A DNA stretch of 59,694 nucleotides from IMG/VR virus record IMGVR_UViG_3300006169_000023, positions 1-59,694 of that record; one strand, 5' to 3'. Below are positions 17,438 through 25,498 of this stretch, in pieces. This DNA is from a virus (Duplodnaviria; Caudoviricetes). The stretch's first letter is position 1, and each line of letters starts with the position of its first letter. Under the pieces are notes generated by a model that worked only from the letters and a program-made list of their open reading frames with translations, was not told where the DNA came from and did not search any database. Made by a program: the position numbers and the translations under genes.

Positions 17438-18066
17438 CCGACGCGGTGGTGCTGGTCCAGCAGCCGCCTCGCTACCTGGAGGCGCTGGAAGTCGTCGGTG
17501 CTACCGCCGGCGTCCGGGTGCGCAGCGCGCGCGGCCCGAAGGTAGGCGGCGCGGAAGTGGGGATAGGAGTCGAGGATGTCGACCGCCGAGCCGCCGCCCA
17601 TCGCGCTGACGAGCTCGGCAGCCTCCTGGATGGTGGTCGGCCAGGAGCCGGACGAGGCTGCGATCGCCTTCCAACCGGCGTATTGCTCACCGCGCTTGGT
17701 GATGCCGTAGCGGTCGACCTTCCGGAGCGCCTCCAGGCCGAGCGCGATCGCGCGGACGTTCGCCTTCCACTCGGTGAAGACGTCCGTCTGGTACCAGAGA
17801 GCTCCGTAGCGGCTGCCGAATGCGATAGCCACACCGGGGTGCTCCGGCGCCCGGGCGTTCGAGCGCGGATACCCGTCGATGCGGATGTCGGACTCTCGCA
17901 GCGCCAGCTGCAGGACGACGTCGCGTGCGTCCAGGTGGTAGAGCTCACGGTCGAGCAGCTCGATCGTGTCGTACCAGCCTGCCTTGAACGGCGAGGGTCG
18001 CCGCTCGGTGGTGAGCGGCCCGCGCCAGCCGACGAGCGGCCGATAGGTGAGGGGAATGGAGGCCAT
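17434..18066 (-). CDS. protein with a C-terminal DnaJ-like (HPD) domain
   Basis: AY.RAA..AHPDAGGSTDDFQRLQ.AR; N-terminal NVRAIALGLEALR.VDRYG. Confidence 0.8.
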   Translation of the reverse strand: MASIPLTYRPLVGWRGPLTTERRPSPFKAGWYDTIELLDRELYHLDARDVVLQLALRESDIRIDGYPRSNARAPEHPGVAIAFGSRYGALWYQTDVFTEWKANVRAIALGLEALRKVDRYGITKRGEQYAGWKAIAASSGSWPTTIQEAAELVSAMGGGSAVDILDSYPHFRAAYLRAARAAHPDAGGSTDDFQRLQVARRLLDQHHRVG

Positions 18067-18281
18067 CAGCGGCGCATCCCGACGGACTGCCCGCTGTGGC
18101 GGCCGCGGCGAACGCGGGCCGCGCGCTTGTGGTGGCGCACCCGGCGGGCGGCGAGCCGGGCGGTCTGTACCTCGCGCTCTCGGCGCAGCCGGAGCTCGGC
18201 GAGCCGCTTCGCTTCGGCCGCGGCTTCGCGCTCCTTCTTCGTCGGGCGCTTGTTCTTCGTCGAGGTCGACGCGGTGGGCAT
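18066..18281 (-). CDS. small Arg-rich hypothetical protein
   Basis: 71 aa, strongly basic; stop overlaps the next start. Confidence 0.55.
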   Translation of the reverse strand: MPTASTSTKNKRPTKKEREAAAEAKRLAELRLRREREVQTARLAARRVRHHKRAARVRRGRHSGQSVGMRR

Positions 18282-18315
18282 GACGGTTCCCTGGGTTCAG
18301 GTGGTGAGGTGGACG

Positions 18316-18663
18316 CTACTCGATCGCCGCGCGCTTCGTGGCGCGGGTGGCGCGGATGGCGCGTGACTTCTCCTCAGCGGACTTGACATCCGGGATGATC
18401 GCGGCTGCTCCGTAGCCGCCGGCGATCACCAGCTGGCGGTTCCGCTGGGCGCGGCGCTCCCGCTTGGAGGCCGCCGCGGCCATCGCGCGCTCGTCCGGCT
18501 GCCGTGGCTTGCGTGGACGACCGGTCCGGTGCCGCGACTGGGTTTTCGTCCGCGGATTCCTCGGGTCCGGAGCGGGGGCTGCGGGCGCCGAGGTAGCGCC
18601 GGCGCCGGCCATGCCGGCGATCGCCGCTATGGCCATCGCCGCCGCGCGGTTCGTCCGGTTCAT
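18316..18663 (-). CDS. basic hypothetical protein
   Basis: Coupled to the HNH gene; KRERRAQRN segment. Confidence 0.55.
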   Translation of the reverse strand: MNRTNRAAAMAIAAIAGMAGAGATSAPAAPAPDPRNPRTKTQSRHRTGRPRKPRQPDERAMAAAASKRERRAQRNRQLVIAGGYGAAAIIPDVKSAEEKSRAIRATRATKRAAIE

Positions 18664-19136
18664 CGAATCCTCTGGGTACGGGTGAGCTCGGCCATGGCGC
18701 GGATCCGGTCGGAGCGCGCGTCGTGGTCGGTGTAGGTGCTGGCCTCGCGGTGGAGCCAGTCGTGGTCGTCAGGGTGGAGCGCCTCGAGGTGCCGCGGGTT
18801 CACGCACAGGGGAGTGCAGCACTCGTGGTGGAGCTCATGCCCGGGGTCGATCGGCCCGACCATCACCGTGTAGACCCAGCGGTGCGCCAGTAGCCGGACG
18901 TTGCCGCGGCAGATCCGGCCGTACGGCACCCGGCCATTGCCCGCGAAAACGGTGGCGCCCTGCCACAACCAGCAGCCGAAGTCGGACTGGGCGCTGATCA
19001 TCCGCTCGATCCGGGGGTCGAGCCGGAACAGGTCGGCCAGCGTCGGCAGGTACAGAGCGACCGTCTCACCCTCGAGGGGAATCAGGTCGCCGGGCAGCCC
19101 GACGAGCGCGCAGGGAGAGGTGGCGACCTGGATCAT
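18660..19136 (-). CDS. HNH endonuclease
   Basis: GCWLWQG, YGRI, AHRWVY, LHHEC...CVNP.HL. Confidence 0.85.
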   Translation of the reverse strand: MIQVATSPCALVGLPGDLIPLEGETVALYLPTLADLFRLDPRIERMISAQSDFGCWLWQGATVFAGNGRVPYGRICRGNVRLLAHRWVYTVMVGPIDPGHELHHECCTPLCVNPRHLEALHPDDHDWLHREASTYTDHDARSDRIRAMAELTRTQRIR

Positions 19137-19486
19137 GCCGACCTCTCCCCGTACTTCCGGCTGAGGATCTGGGCCGAGCGGCGCCGGAGGGTGTCGGCCG
19201 CTTCCGGCGCGGGAAGCGGCATCCAGCAGAACGGAGTCATCGCGAGACCCATCCAGCCGACAGGCAGGCGCTCGGGATAGTCCTCCCAGGTCACGAGGCG
19301 GTACTCGCCTGTCTTCGGATCCCGCTCCCTGCTTAGTCCGGTAGGGGCGACGCCCCACCACGTCGGCTCCTGGCCGCGATACCGGCAGTACATCGCGGGC
19401 ACCACATACCAGTTCTCTTCGTTGCCTGAGCAGACCAGGACCACGGTGCCATCGGTCGGCGCCGAGGACATCGGCCGCCAACTCAT
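19133..19486 (-). CDS. DUF551-like hypothetical protein
   Basis: W.PMSSAP.DGT.VL ... WMPLP.P. Confidence 0.75.
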   Translation of the reverse strand: MSWRPMSSAPTDGTVVLVCSGNEENWYVVPAMYCRYRGQEPTWWGVAPTGLSRERDPKTGEYRLVTWEDYPERLPVGWMGLAMTPFCWMPLPAPEAADTLRRRSAQILSRKYGERSA

Positions 19487-19851
19487 AAGCCACCCCCAGG
19501 CAGCACGACCGCCCGCGCCGGCGTCGCCGGGGCGGTGGAGGGGTGTCCGAACTGCCGTCCTAAATGTCGTCCGAAATGTTTGAGGGTCTGGACGCCTAAA
19601 CGGAGGCTACCATGACCACGTTTGAAATACCCTGCCGCAAATCCCACCGGGGCATAAACCCCGGCATTTTCCTGCACTTGCGCGATCTGGACCCGACCGA
19701 TAGATATCGGACGTTCACTCACGTGAACGGGGGATGGTTTTGCGACCGCTGCAAATCCCTTAGAGCCTGGAACCCGCGTGGTTCCGGGCTTTTCCGTTGG
19801 GTGGCCGAAAAGTCGGCCGAAATCCAGGCCGTATCGAGGGTTGTATCGCAT
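19483..19851 (-). CDS. ORF spanning the putative attP, coupled to both neighbours
   Basis: TGATG overlap at the start and ATGA overlap at the end; atypical AT-richer composition. Confidence 0.45.
   Translation of the reverse strand: MRYNPRYGLDFGRLFGHPTEKPGTTRVPGSKGFAAVAKPSPVHVSERPISIGRVQIAQVQENAGVYAPVGFAAGYFKRGHGSLRLGVQTLKHFGRHLGRQFGHPSTAPATPARAVVLPGGGL
19541..19834. other. putative attP with two clusters of three 12-bp arm-type repeats
   Basis: GGGTGTCCGAAC/TGCCGTCCTAAA/TGTCGTCCGAAA (19541-19576) and GGGTGGCCGAAA/AGTCGGCCGAAA/TCCAGGCCGTAT (19799-19834); about 0.6 kb downstream of the integrase. Confidence 0.6.
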
Positions 19852-20126
19852 CAGCGGACACCCTCCACGCCGCCGCGACGGCCGCGGATGATCTCCACCA
19901 TCTCGCGGGTCGAGACAGGCCTCGCGCCCTTCTTGATCGCGAGCTCTCGCTTCGAGTCCGCGATATCGAAGTGCTCAGTGGGAGTGCCCGGGTGCTGGAT
20001 CCACACACGCCGGACGCCGATCGCGTCCACCATCGCGAACAGCTCCTCAGTGGTGTCGGCCACCAGGTGGCTCATCAGCATCCCCCGGTACGGAATCCGA
20101 GCGTCGTCGACGTAGACCGCCATCAC
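19851..20126 (-). CDS. DUF4031 family protein
   Basis: VYVDD...SHLVADT.EEL...IG...W.Q...HFDI..SKR..AI..GA. Confidence 0.85.
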   Translation of the reverse strand: MMAVYVDDARIPYRGMLMSHLVADTTEELFAMVDAIGVRRVWIQHPGTPTEHFDIADSKRELAIKKGARPVSTREMVEIIRGRRGGVEGVR

Positions 20127-20410
20127 TGCTCCTTTCGCGCTGTGACGCCCAGCGCCGACGCGGCCTGATTGTCTACCTGGGCTGGTTCATACGCGTGCAT
20201 CCGGCCGCGGTGCATCCGATAGCTCCTGCCACACCGGACGCACGGCGCCTCGGAGACCTGGTCCATTCCAATCGCCTTCCGCGCGATCGTCGATATCGAG
20301 GAGAGGAGCAGCACGGGCTCGCCCTGGGCGTCCGCTATGTGGCGGATCTTCCGGAGCGTAGACAGCAACTTGTTCCGTTCGGCCAGCAGCGAGGCGACGG
20401 TATCGCTCAC
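20123..20410 (-). CDS. hypothetical protein
   Basis: GTG 20410 overlaps the integrase stop; C..CG....H. Confidence 0.55.
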   Translation of the reverse strand: MSDTVASLLAERNKLLSTLRKIRHIADAQGEPVLLLSSISTIARKAIGMDQVSEAPCVRCGRSYRMHRGRMHAYEPAQVDNQAASALGVTARKEQ

Positions 20411-21780
20411 CTGTCCTCCTTCGACTTTGCGACGCCCAGCGCCGATGCCGCCTGGCCGAGCTTCTTGGTCGTCTTCTTCTTGTAGCCGTACCGCCGGATG
20501 GTCTCGACCGTCCGCCCGGTGAACTCCGCGGCCGCGCCGTCGCTCAGCTCGTCCGCCAGTAGCGTGATCGCGGTCCGGCAGAAGCCGTGGAAGCTGCGGC
20601 CCTCGCGGTACTTCACGCCGGCGCGCTGCTCGAGCTTCTTCAGCTGGCGGTCCAGGTGGTTCTGGCGGATCGGCTGGTCCGGGTCGGAGGGCTTCCACAA
20701 CAGCGGGGCGGTCGGACCGCCCGGGTTCGGGTGGTGCTCGCAGAGCCAGTCGAGCGCCGCGCGGTGGAGCTCCGTCATCGGCAGCACCTCGTCGCCGCGG
20801 CCGTAGGCCTCGCCCTTCGCGTGCTCGGACTCCCAGGTGCAGGTCCCGAAGGGCGCGTCCGTGGTCTCCGTCCGGTCGTGGTCCGCCTCCGTCAGGGCCA
20901 GGATCGACCCCATGCGCCGGCCGCTGCGAGCGATCATCACGAAGCCGCGGATCTGCCAGCCCGGGGCGTCGTCCGGCAGCTTGGCGAGGTAGGTGAGCAT
21001 GTTGCCCACCTCCTCCTCGGTGTACTCCGGCACGTCCGCCTTCGTCCGGTCCACGGTTCGCCCCTCGAGGGGGTTATAGGGGATCGGCAGCGTCTTCCGG
21101 TGCTGCTGGATGACGTAGCGAATCGCGCAGCTGAGCCGGTCCGTGTCGTTCACCGCCGTGCGACCCGCCTTCGCGCCCTTGGCCGCGGCGATGTCCGAGC
21201 AGTACTGCGTGGCGTCCGCGGGCTCCAGGTCCATCAGCTTCCGGCCGCGCGCAAACCGCGGATCCAGGAAGAGCCGCCGGAACGCGTAGAGGTCGCTCCA
21301 CACCGTCTTCGCGCTGGGACACGTGGCCATCGCCTTCACCTCGTCGGCGAGCGTCGCGTACCACCGATCGACCGCCGCCTTCACGCCCTCGTCGGACGGC
21401 TGGAGCAGCTCCTCCGGGAAGCCGGGCGCCCGGCGCATGTAGCGGAGCACCACGCCCTCGACGGTGAGGCTCTCGACCGCCTCCACCGCGCCTTCGTCGA
21501 CCTTCGCATCCACGTTCTGCTCGACGACCTGGACGGCGCTGGCCCGAAGCTCTTCCGAGGTGCCCACGGCGTAGGCGGCCGCCCGCCGCCGCAGCTCGTT
21601 GCTGACGGCCGGGAAGATGGTCACCTGCGTCGTCTTCTTCGTGACGGGGTGCTGAAACGAGATCTTCAGCTTCCCTTTCTCGACGAAGACGCGGACCTTG
21701 TTGCCGTACTCGCCGGCGCTCCACGCGTCGACCTTGCCGGCCTCGAAGTTCTCCCGCGTAGCCCTTGCTTTCGGGGGCAT
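20407..21780 (-). CDS. int: tyrosine recombinase/integrase
   Basis: NP...R; ARSGRR..IL.L; SFHGFCRT; IRRY; N-terminal arm-binding-like region. Confidence 0.82.
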   Translation of the reverse strand: MPPKARATRENFEAGKVDAWSAGEYGNKVRVFVEKGKLKISFQHPVTKKTTQVTIFPAVSNELRRRAAAYAVGTSEELRASAVQVVEQNVDAKVDEGAVEAVESLTVEGVVLRYMRRAPGFPEELLQPSDEGVKAAVDRWYATLADEVKAMATCPSAKTVWSDLYAFRRLFLDPRFARGRKLMDLEPADATQYCSDIAAAKGAKAGRTAVNDTDRLSCAIRYVIQQHRKTLPIPYNPLEGRTVDRTKADVPEYTEEEVGNMLTYLAKLPDDAPGWQIRGFVMIARSGRRMGSILALTEADHDRTETTDAPFGTCTWESEHAKGEAYGRGDEVLPMTELHRAALDWLCEHHPNPGGPTAPLLWKPSDPDQPIRQNHLDRQLKKLEQRAGVKYREGRSFHGFCRTAITLLADELSDGAAAEFTGRTVETIRRYGYKKKTTKKLGQAASALGVAKSKEDR

Positions 21781-22136
21781 CAGGCCGCCTTGAAGCTGGC
21801 GCGGAGACGAGCCATGATCTGCTCGTCCGAGAGCCGCGGGTCGAAGCCATGCCGCGGGAGTGTGCTCTCGCGTAGCGGGATCACGGCGCCCTTGATCAGC
21901 CAGTCGCGGCCGGGGCGCCGGGCCATCCCCTTCTGGACCCACTCCGGGAGCCGCCGCTCGAACCACGCGCGGGAGCGGCCGGACATCTCCATCGCCTGGG
22001 TCAGGGTGAACTCGCCGCGCGCCTGGCTGAGCTCGTCCTCCGCCAGCTGGATGATCTCCAGGACGGTGGCCACCGGGACGGTCCCGCCCTCGAGGCGCTC
22101 CATGATCGCGCGCGCTTCGCTCAGGTTCTCGATCAT
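21780..22136 (-). CDS. excisionase-like winged-helix protein
   Basis: TLTQAMEMSGRS..WF.R...G.ARR.GR.W; directly upstream of and coupled to the integrase. Confidence 0.6.
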   Translation of the reverse strand: MIENLSEARAIMERLEGGTVPVATVLEIIQLAEDELSQARGEFTLTQAMEMSGRSRAWFERRLPEWVQKGMARRPGRDWLIKGAVIPLRESTLPRHGFDPRLSDEQIMARLRASFKAA

Positions 22137-25100
22137 CGGGTCACCTCACGCGAGCTCGAGCTGCCCGATCGCGCGGGCGCGCGCTTCGACCGGGAGCTGC
22201 TGCGGGGGGGGGTGTCCTCTGCTACGCCCTCCTCCGCGGTCGAGGTGGCCACCGGTACCGGCGCGTCGAGCGGGAGCGTCGGTGACCGGAAGGCGGCGGC
22301 CTCCAGGGGCGAGTAGATCCCGAACGCCGCCCGCACGGCGTCCACCAGGCCGCCAATGCGCGCGTCCCGTCCATCGTCGAAGGTGCGGAGGGTGGGCGCG
22401 CGGTCGGCGGTGGTCGCATCGCCGAAGGCGAACGATACGCCCCACATGTCCGTCCGGAGCACGTACGGGTTGCCCTCGGACTCGCCGACGAAGGCCCCGG
22501 CGCCCTTGAGCCGGCTCACCGCGCAGCCGAGGATCTCCTGCCGGAGGTCATTGTCCTCCGCGCCGTCCTGGGCGAGGGCTGCCCAGCGCTCCCGCCAGTC
22601 GTCCGTGGGTAGGAAGGCGGCGGCGACCGCCTGGGTGAGCTGAGCCTCCTCCTCCGGCGTCCGTCGCAGGTCGAGGAGCTGCCGCACAACCGGGATGATC
22701 GCCTCGGGCCCGTACGTCGCGGGGACCTCGAACCGCTCCTCGATCGACATCCGGCCGCGGCCCCACCAGATCCCCATGACCTGCTCCTGGGAGATCGCGG
22801 TCGGGAAGTAGCTCGACGCGCAGAACGGCGGGTCGGTGGAGACGTAGCCACTGGAGATCGAGTACTCGCCCACCCACTGCTTCGCGATCTCCGCCGCGGT
22901 CACGATCCGGCCACGGAGCGCGGCCCAACGCGTCCGGGCGTCGCTCCGCTCGATCACCTGGCGGACGATGTCGTAGAACGCAGCCGACTCCACCCGCGGA
23001 GCTTCTCCCACCACGGCGGGAGGAGGCGCGGCGACGCGCTCCTCCTCCTCGGCATCATCGCCATGGAGGAGAGAGAGGCTGATCAGCTGGGGGAACTCGT
23101 CGGCGAGACCGTCCAGGTACTCGACGTCCTCGGCCGACGGGAATACCGCCTCCCGGACGCAGAACGGCTGCAGCGCCTCGTACCGGCGCACGAGGACCCG
23201 CGACCAGCGCGCCTCCAGGTGCGGCTCGTTCGCCTCTTCGGCGACGTGCAGCATGGCGTCGGCCTCGCGAACGTGGAGGATGCGGAGCGCGAGCCTGGCC
23301 GCGGCCGACCGCATCTGGTCGGCGGGCCACTTCGCCGCGAGCCCCGTGCGGCCCTTGGCCACCGGCTTTCCCGGCACGCGAGGGAACTCGCCGCGCTTCT
23401 CGTGCGCCTTCCGGTGGGCGGCGCGTGCCGAGGGGCGAGCGTCGATGTCCCCGCGGCAGGCGAGGCAGAGCGCACGGCCTGCGGCGCATCCGGCCTTGAA
23501 CCAGAGCGACTTGCCCAGGTCGGCTTCCTCGGGGAGCACTGCATCCCAGCGGACGCCGGCGGCAGACGCCGGCTCGGCGGCAGCCACCGGCGCAGGGGCC
23601 GGGGCCAGGTCCTCGGCAGCAGCCGGCTCCACCGCGGGCGCCGGCTGCGCGACCTGCTCGTACAGCGCGCGGAACATCGGCTCGTAGTCCGCGCGGAGCT
23701 CCGCCTTGACCTTGTCGGCGAGCGGGTCGGAGTACTTCGACGTGGTGAGGTCGCCGCGGCCGCGGCGGAGCACCATGACCTGGAGCAGCCGGCGGGCGTC
23801 GGCCTCCCCCTTCTTGAACCCGAACTCCTTTCGGAGGAGGTTGACCGCCTCCTTCGGTCCGTCGTAGCCCAGGTTGGCGGTGAGCAGCGAGACCACCTCC
23901 GCCAGCGGGAGCTCGTCGCGCGCGGCGATCGCCTCGAAGTCCGCCTTCGTCCGGGCGGCCCTTCGCTCCGCCAGCCGCGCCTGCAGCACGGCCTCCGCGG
24001 CTTCCTTCGACCGCTGGACAGCCTTGGGGTCGAGGCTCGTGAGCATCGGGTTCCCACTCCAGTCCTTCGCGATCGTGAGCTTCGTGCCCTCCAGGACGAC
24101 GGGGTCCAGGAGCTCGTGGCCGTAGATCACGCCCTTCCGGCTCGCCACGATCCGGACGTGTCCGTGACCGAACGTGCGGGTCAGCCCGTCGACGGTCTGA
24201 GCCGCCCCGGCGCCGGCGGTGGCCGCGGCGGCGGCAGCGGCAGCCTTCTCCGCCTCGCGCGCCTGCTCCGCCTCGGCCTGCGCAGCCTCCCACCAGGTGA
24301 GGTCGAAGCAGCGGACGAAGGCGTTCGACCATTTCTGGTAGGCGAACGCCGGCGCATGGCAGCCGCAGCTGGCAGCGTGCGCCTCGGTGAAGTCCCGCGC
24401 GGGACGGAGCTTGTCGGAGTCCGAGACTCCCGCCCCGTACACCATCTGGCCCACCGCGAGCGGCCGGCTGTGGCGGACCGCGGCCTTCCGGACGATCTCC
24501 GTCAGCCCTTCGAGGCCCGCGGCCATGCCGGGCTCCTTCCGGACCGCCTTCGCCACCTCGGCGAACATGGCCTCCCGCACGGTCTCCGGGATCCGCGCGA
24601 ACTGGAGGAAGAGGTCGCGCATATGGGTCGGTGCGACCAGCCCGTCTTCTCCCAGCTGGAGCGCGACGTCGGGCAGCTGCAGGAGCCGGATCGCGTTGCT
24701 GATCTGCGCCTGCGTGACGCCGATCCGCTTGGCGAGCTGCTCCTGGGTGCGGCCGGGCACCAGGTCCAGCCACGCACGGTAGCCCCGGGCGCGCTCCACC
24801 GCGGTGAGGTCGCTGCGCTGGTCGTTCTCGACGATGCAGATGTCCACCGCCTGCTCGATCGTCAGCGGGCGGATGTAGCACGGCACCATCTCCAGCCCGG
24901 CCAGCTCGGCCGCGCGGAAGCGGCGCTCGCCCGCCACGATGTCCAGGACGGGGTGCAGCTCCTCCGTCCAGCGCTGCGGGTCGCGGTACCCGTCGATGAC
25001 ATCGGGCATGCGCACCACCAGCGCCTGCTGGATCCCGACCTCGCGCAGTGAGTCGGCGAGCTCCTGGAGCTTCACCGGGTCGAAGTGCCGACGCGGGTTC

Positions 25101-25498
25101 ACCGGCGAGCCGTTGTGCGCCAGCGGCCGCAGCCAGTGCCGCGGGATCTGGTAGACCGGCTCGTGGGTCACCTGCAGGGCGGGCGCAGCAGGCGAATTCC
25201 GTCGCGAGCAACCAACGGAGTGCCAACCCTCCTCCTTGCAGCACTCCGGGCAGGGCTGCACCGCCGCGGCCGCCACCGGCCTCCGACCAGCCTCTACGCG
25301 CGTTCGGCGCTCCGCGTCATCGACGCGTCGCGCAGCGGCAACGGCCTGCTCACCGCTCCAGGCCATCGCCTCTTCCAGCGTGTACTCCTCCCCGATCGCA
25401 GCCAGGCGCCGGCGAAGCTCCGCCCGACCCTCCGCCCACAGGTCGGGTTCCGGCGCCTTGGCAGTCTTCGCCTTAGCCACGGGCCACCTCCGCGCCAA
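22133..25498 (-). CDS. large ParB/RepB/Spo0J-family protein
   Basis: NPRRHFD..L.ELA.S....GI.Q.LVVR, IVAGERRFRAA, VEN.QR.DL..VE.A, HTH TQEQLAKRIG; start may be GTG 25480. Confidence 0.85.
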   Translation of the reverse strand: MARRWPVAKAKTAKAPEPDLWAEGRAELRRRLAAIGEEYTLEEAMAWSGEQAVAAARRVDDAERRTRVEAGRRPVAAAAVQPCPECCKEEGWHSVGCSRRNSPAAPALQVTHEPVYQIPRHWLRPLAHNGSPVNPRRHFDPVKLQELADSLREVGIQQALVVRMPDVIDGYRDPQRWTEELHPVLDIVAGERRFRAAELAGLEMVPCYIRPLTIEQAVDICIVENDQRSDLTAVERARGYRAWLDLVPGRTQEQLAKRIGVTQAQISNAIRLLQLPDVALQLGEDGLVAPTHMRDLFLQFARIPETVREAMFAEVAKAVRKEPGMAAGLEGLTEIVRKAAVRHSRPLAVGQMVYGAGVSDSDKLRPARDFTEAHAASCGCHAPAFAYQKWSNAFVRCFDLTWWEAAQAEAEQAREAEKAAAAAAAATAGAGAAQTVDGLTRTFGHGHVRIVASRKGVIYGHELLDPVVLEGTKLTIAKDWSGNPMLTSLDPKAVQRSKEAAEAVLQARLAERRAARTKADFEAIAARDELPLAEVVSLLTANLGYDGPKEAVNLLRKEFGFKKGEADARRLLQVMVLRRGRGDLTTSKYSDPLADKVKAELRADYEPMFRALYEQVAQPAPAVEPAAAEDLAPAPAPVAAAEPASAAGVRWDAVLPEEADLGKSLWFKAGCAAGRALCLACRGDIDARPSARAAHRKAHEKRGEFPRVPGKPVAKGRTGLAAKWPADQMRSAAARLALRILHVREADAMLHVAEEANEPHLEARWSRVLVRRYEALQPFCVREAVFPSAEDVEYLDGLADEFPQLISLSLLHGDDAEEEERVAAPPPAVVGEAPRVESAAFYDIVRQVIERSDARTRWAALRGRIVTAAEIAKQWVGEYSISSGYVSTDPPFCASSYFPTAISQEQVMGIWWGRGRMSIEERFEVPATYGPEAIIPVVRQLLDLRRTPEEEAQLTQAVAAAFLPTDDWRERWAALAQDGAEDNDLRQEILGCAVSRLKGAGAFVGESEGNPYVLRTDMWGVSFAFGDATTADRAPTLRTFDDGRDARIGGLVDAVRAAFGIYSPLEAAAFRSPTLPLDAPVPVATSTAEEGVAEDTPPRSSSRSKRAPARSGSSSSREVTR

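Noticed and set aside
19600-19615. GGAGGCTACCA as a tRNA 3'-end att core
   Set aside because: No T-arm (GTTCGA) upstream and too short to support a call
19612-20115. Plus-strand 167-aa ORF across the putative attP
   Set aside because: It is antisense to the clear DUF4031 gene and has no recognisable motif; not excluded, since GGAGG precedes its ATG
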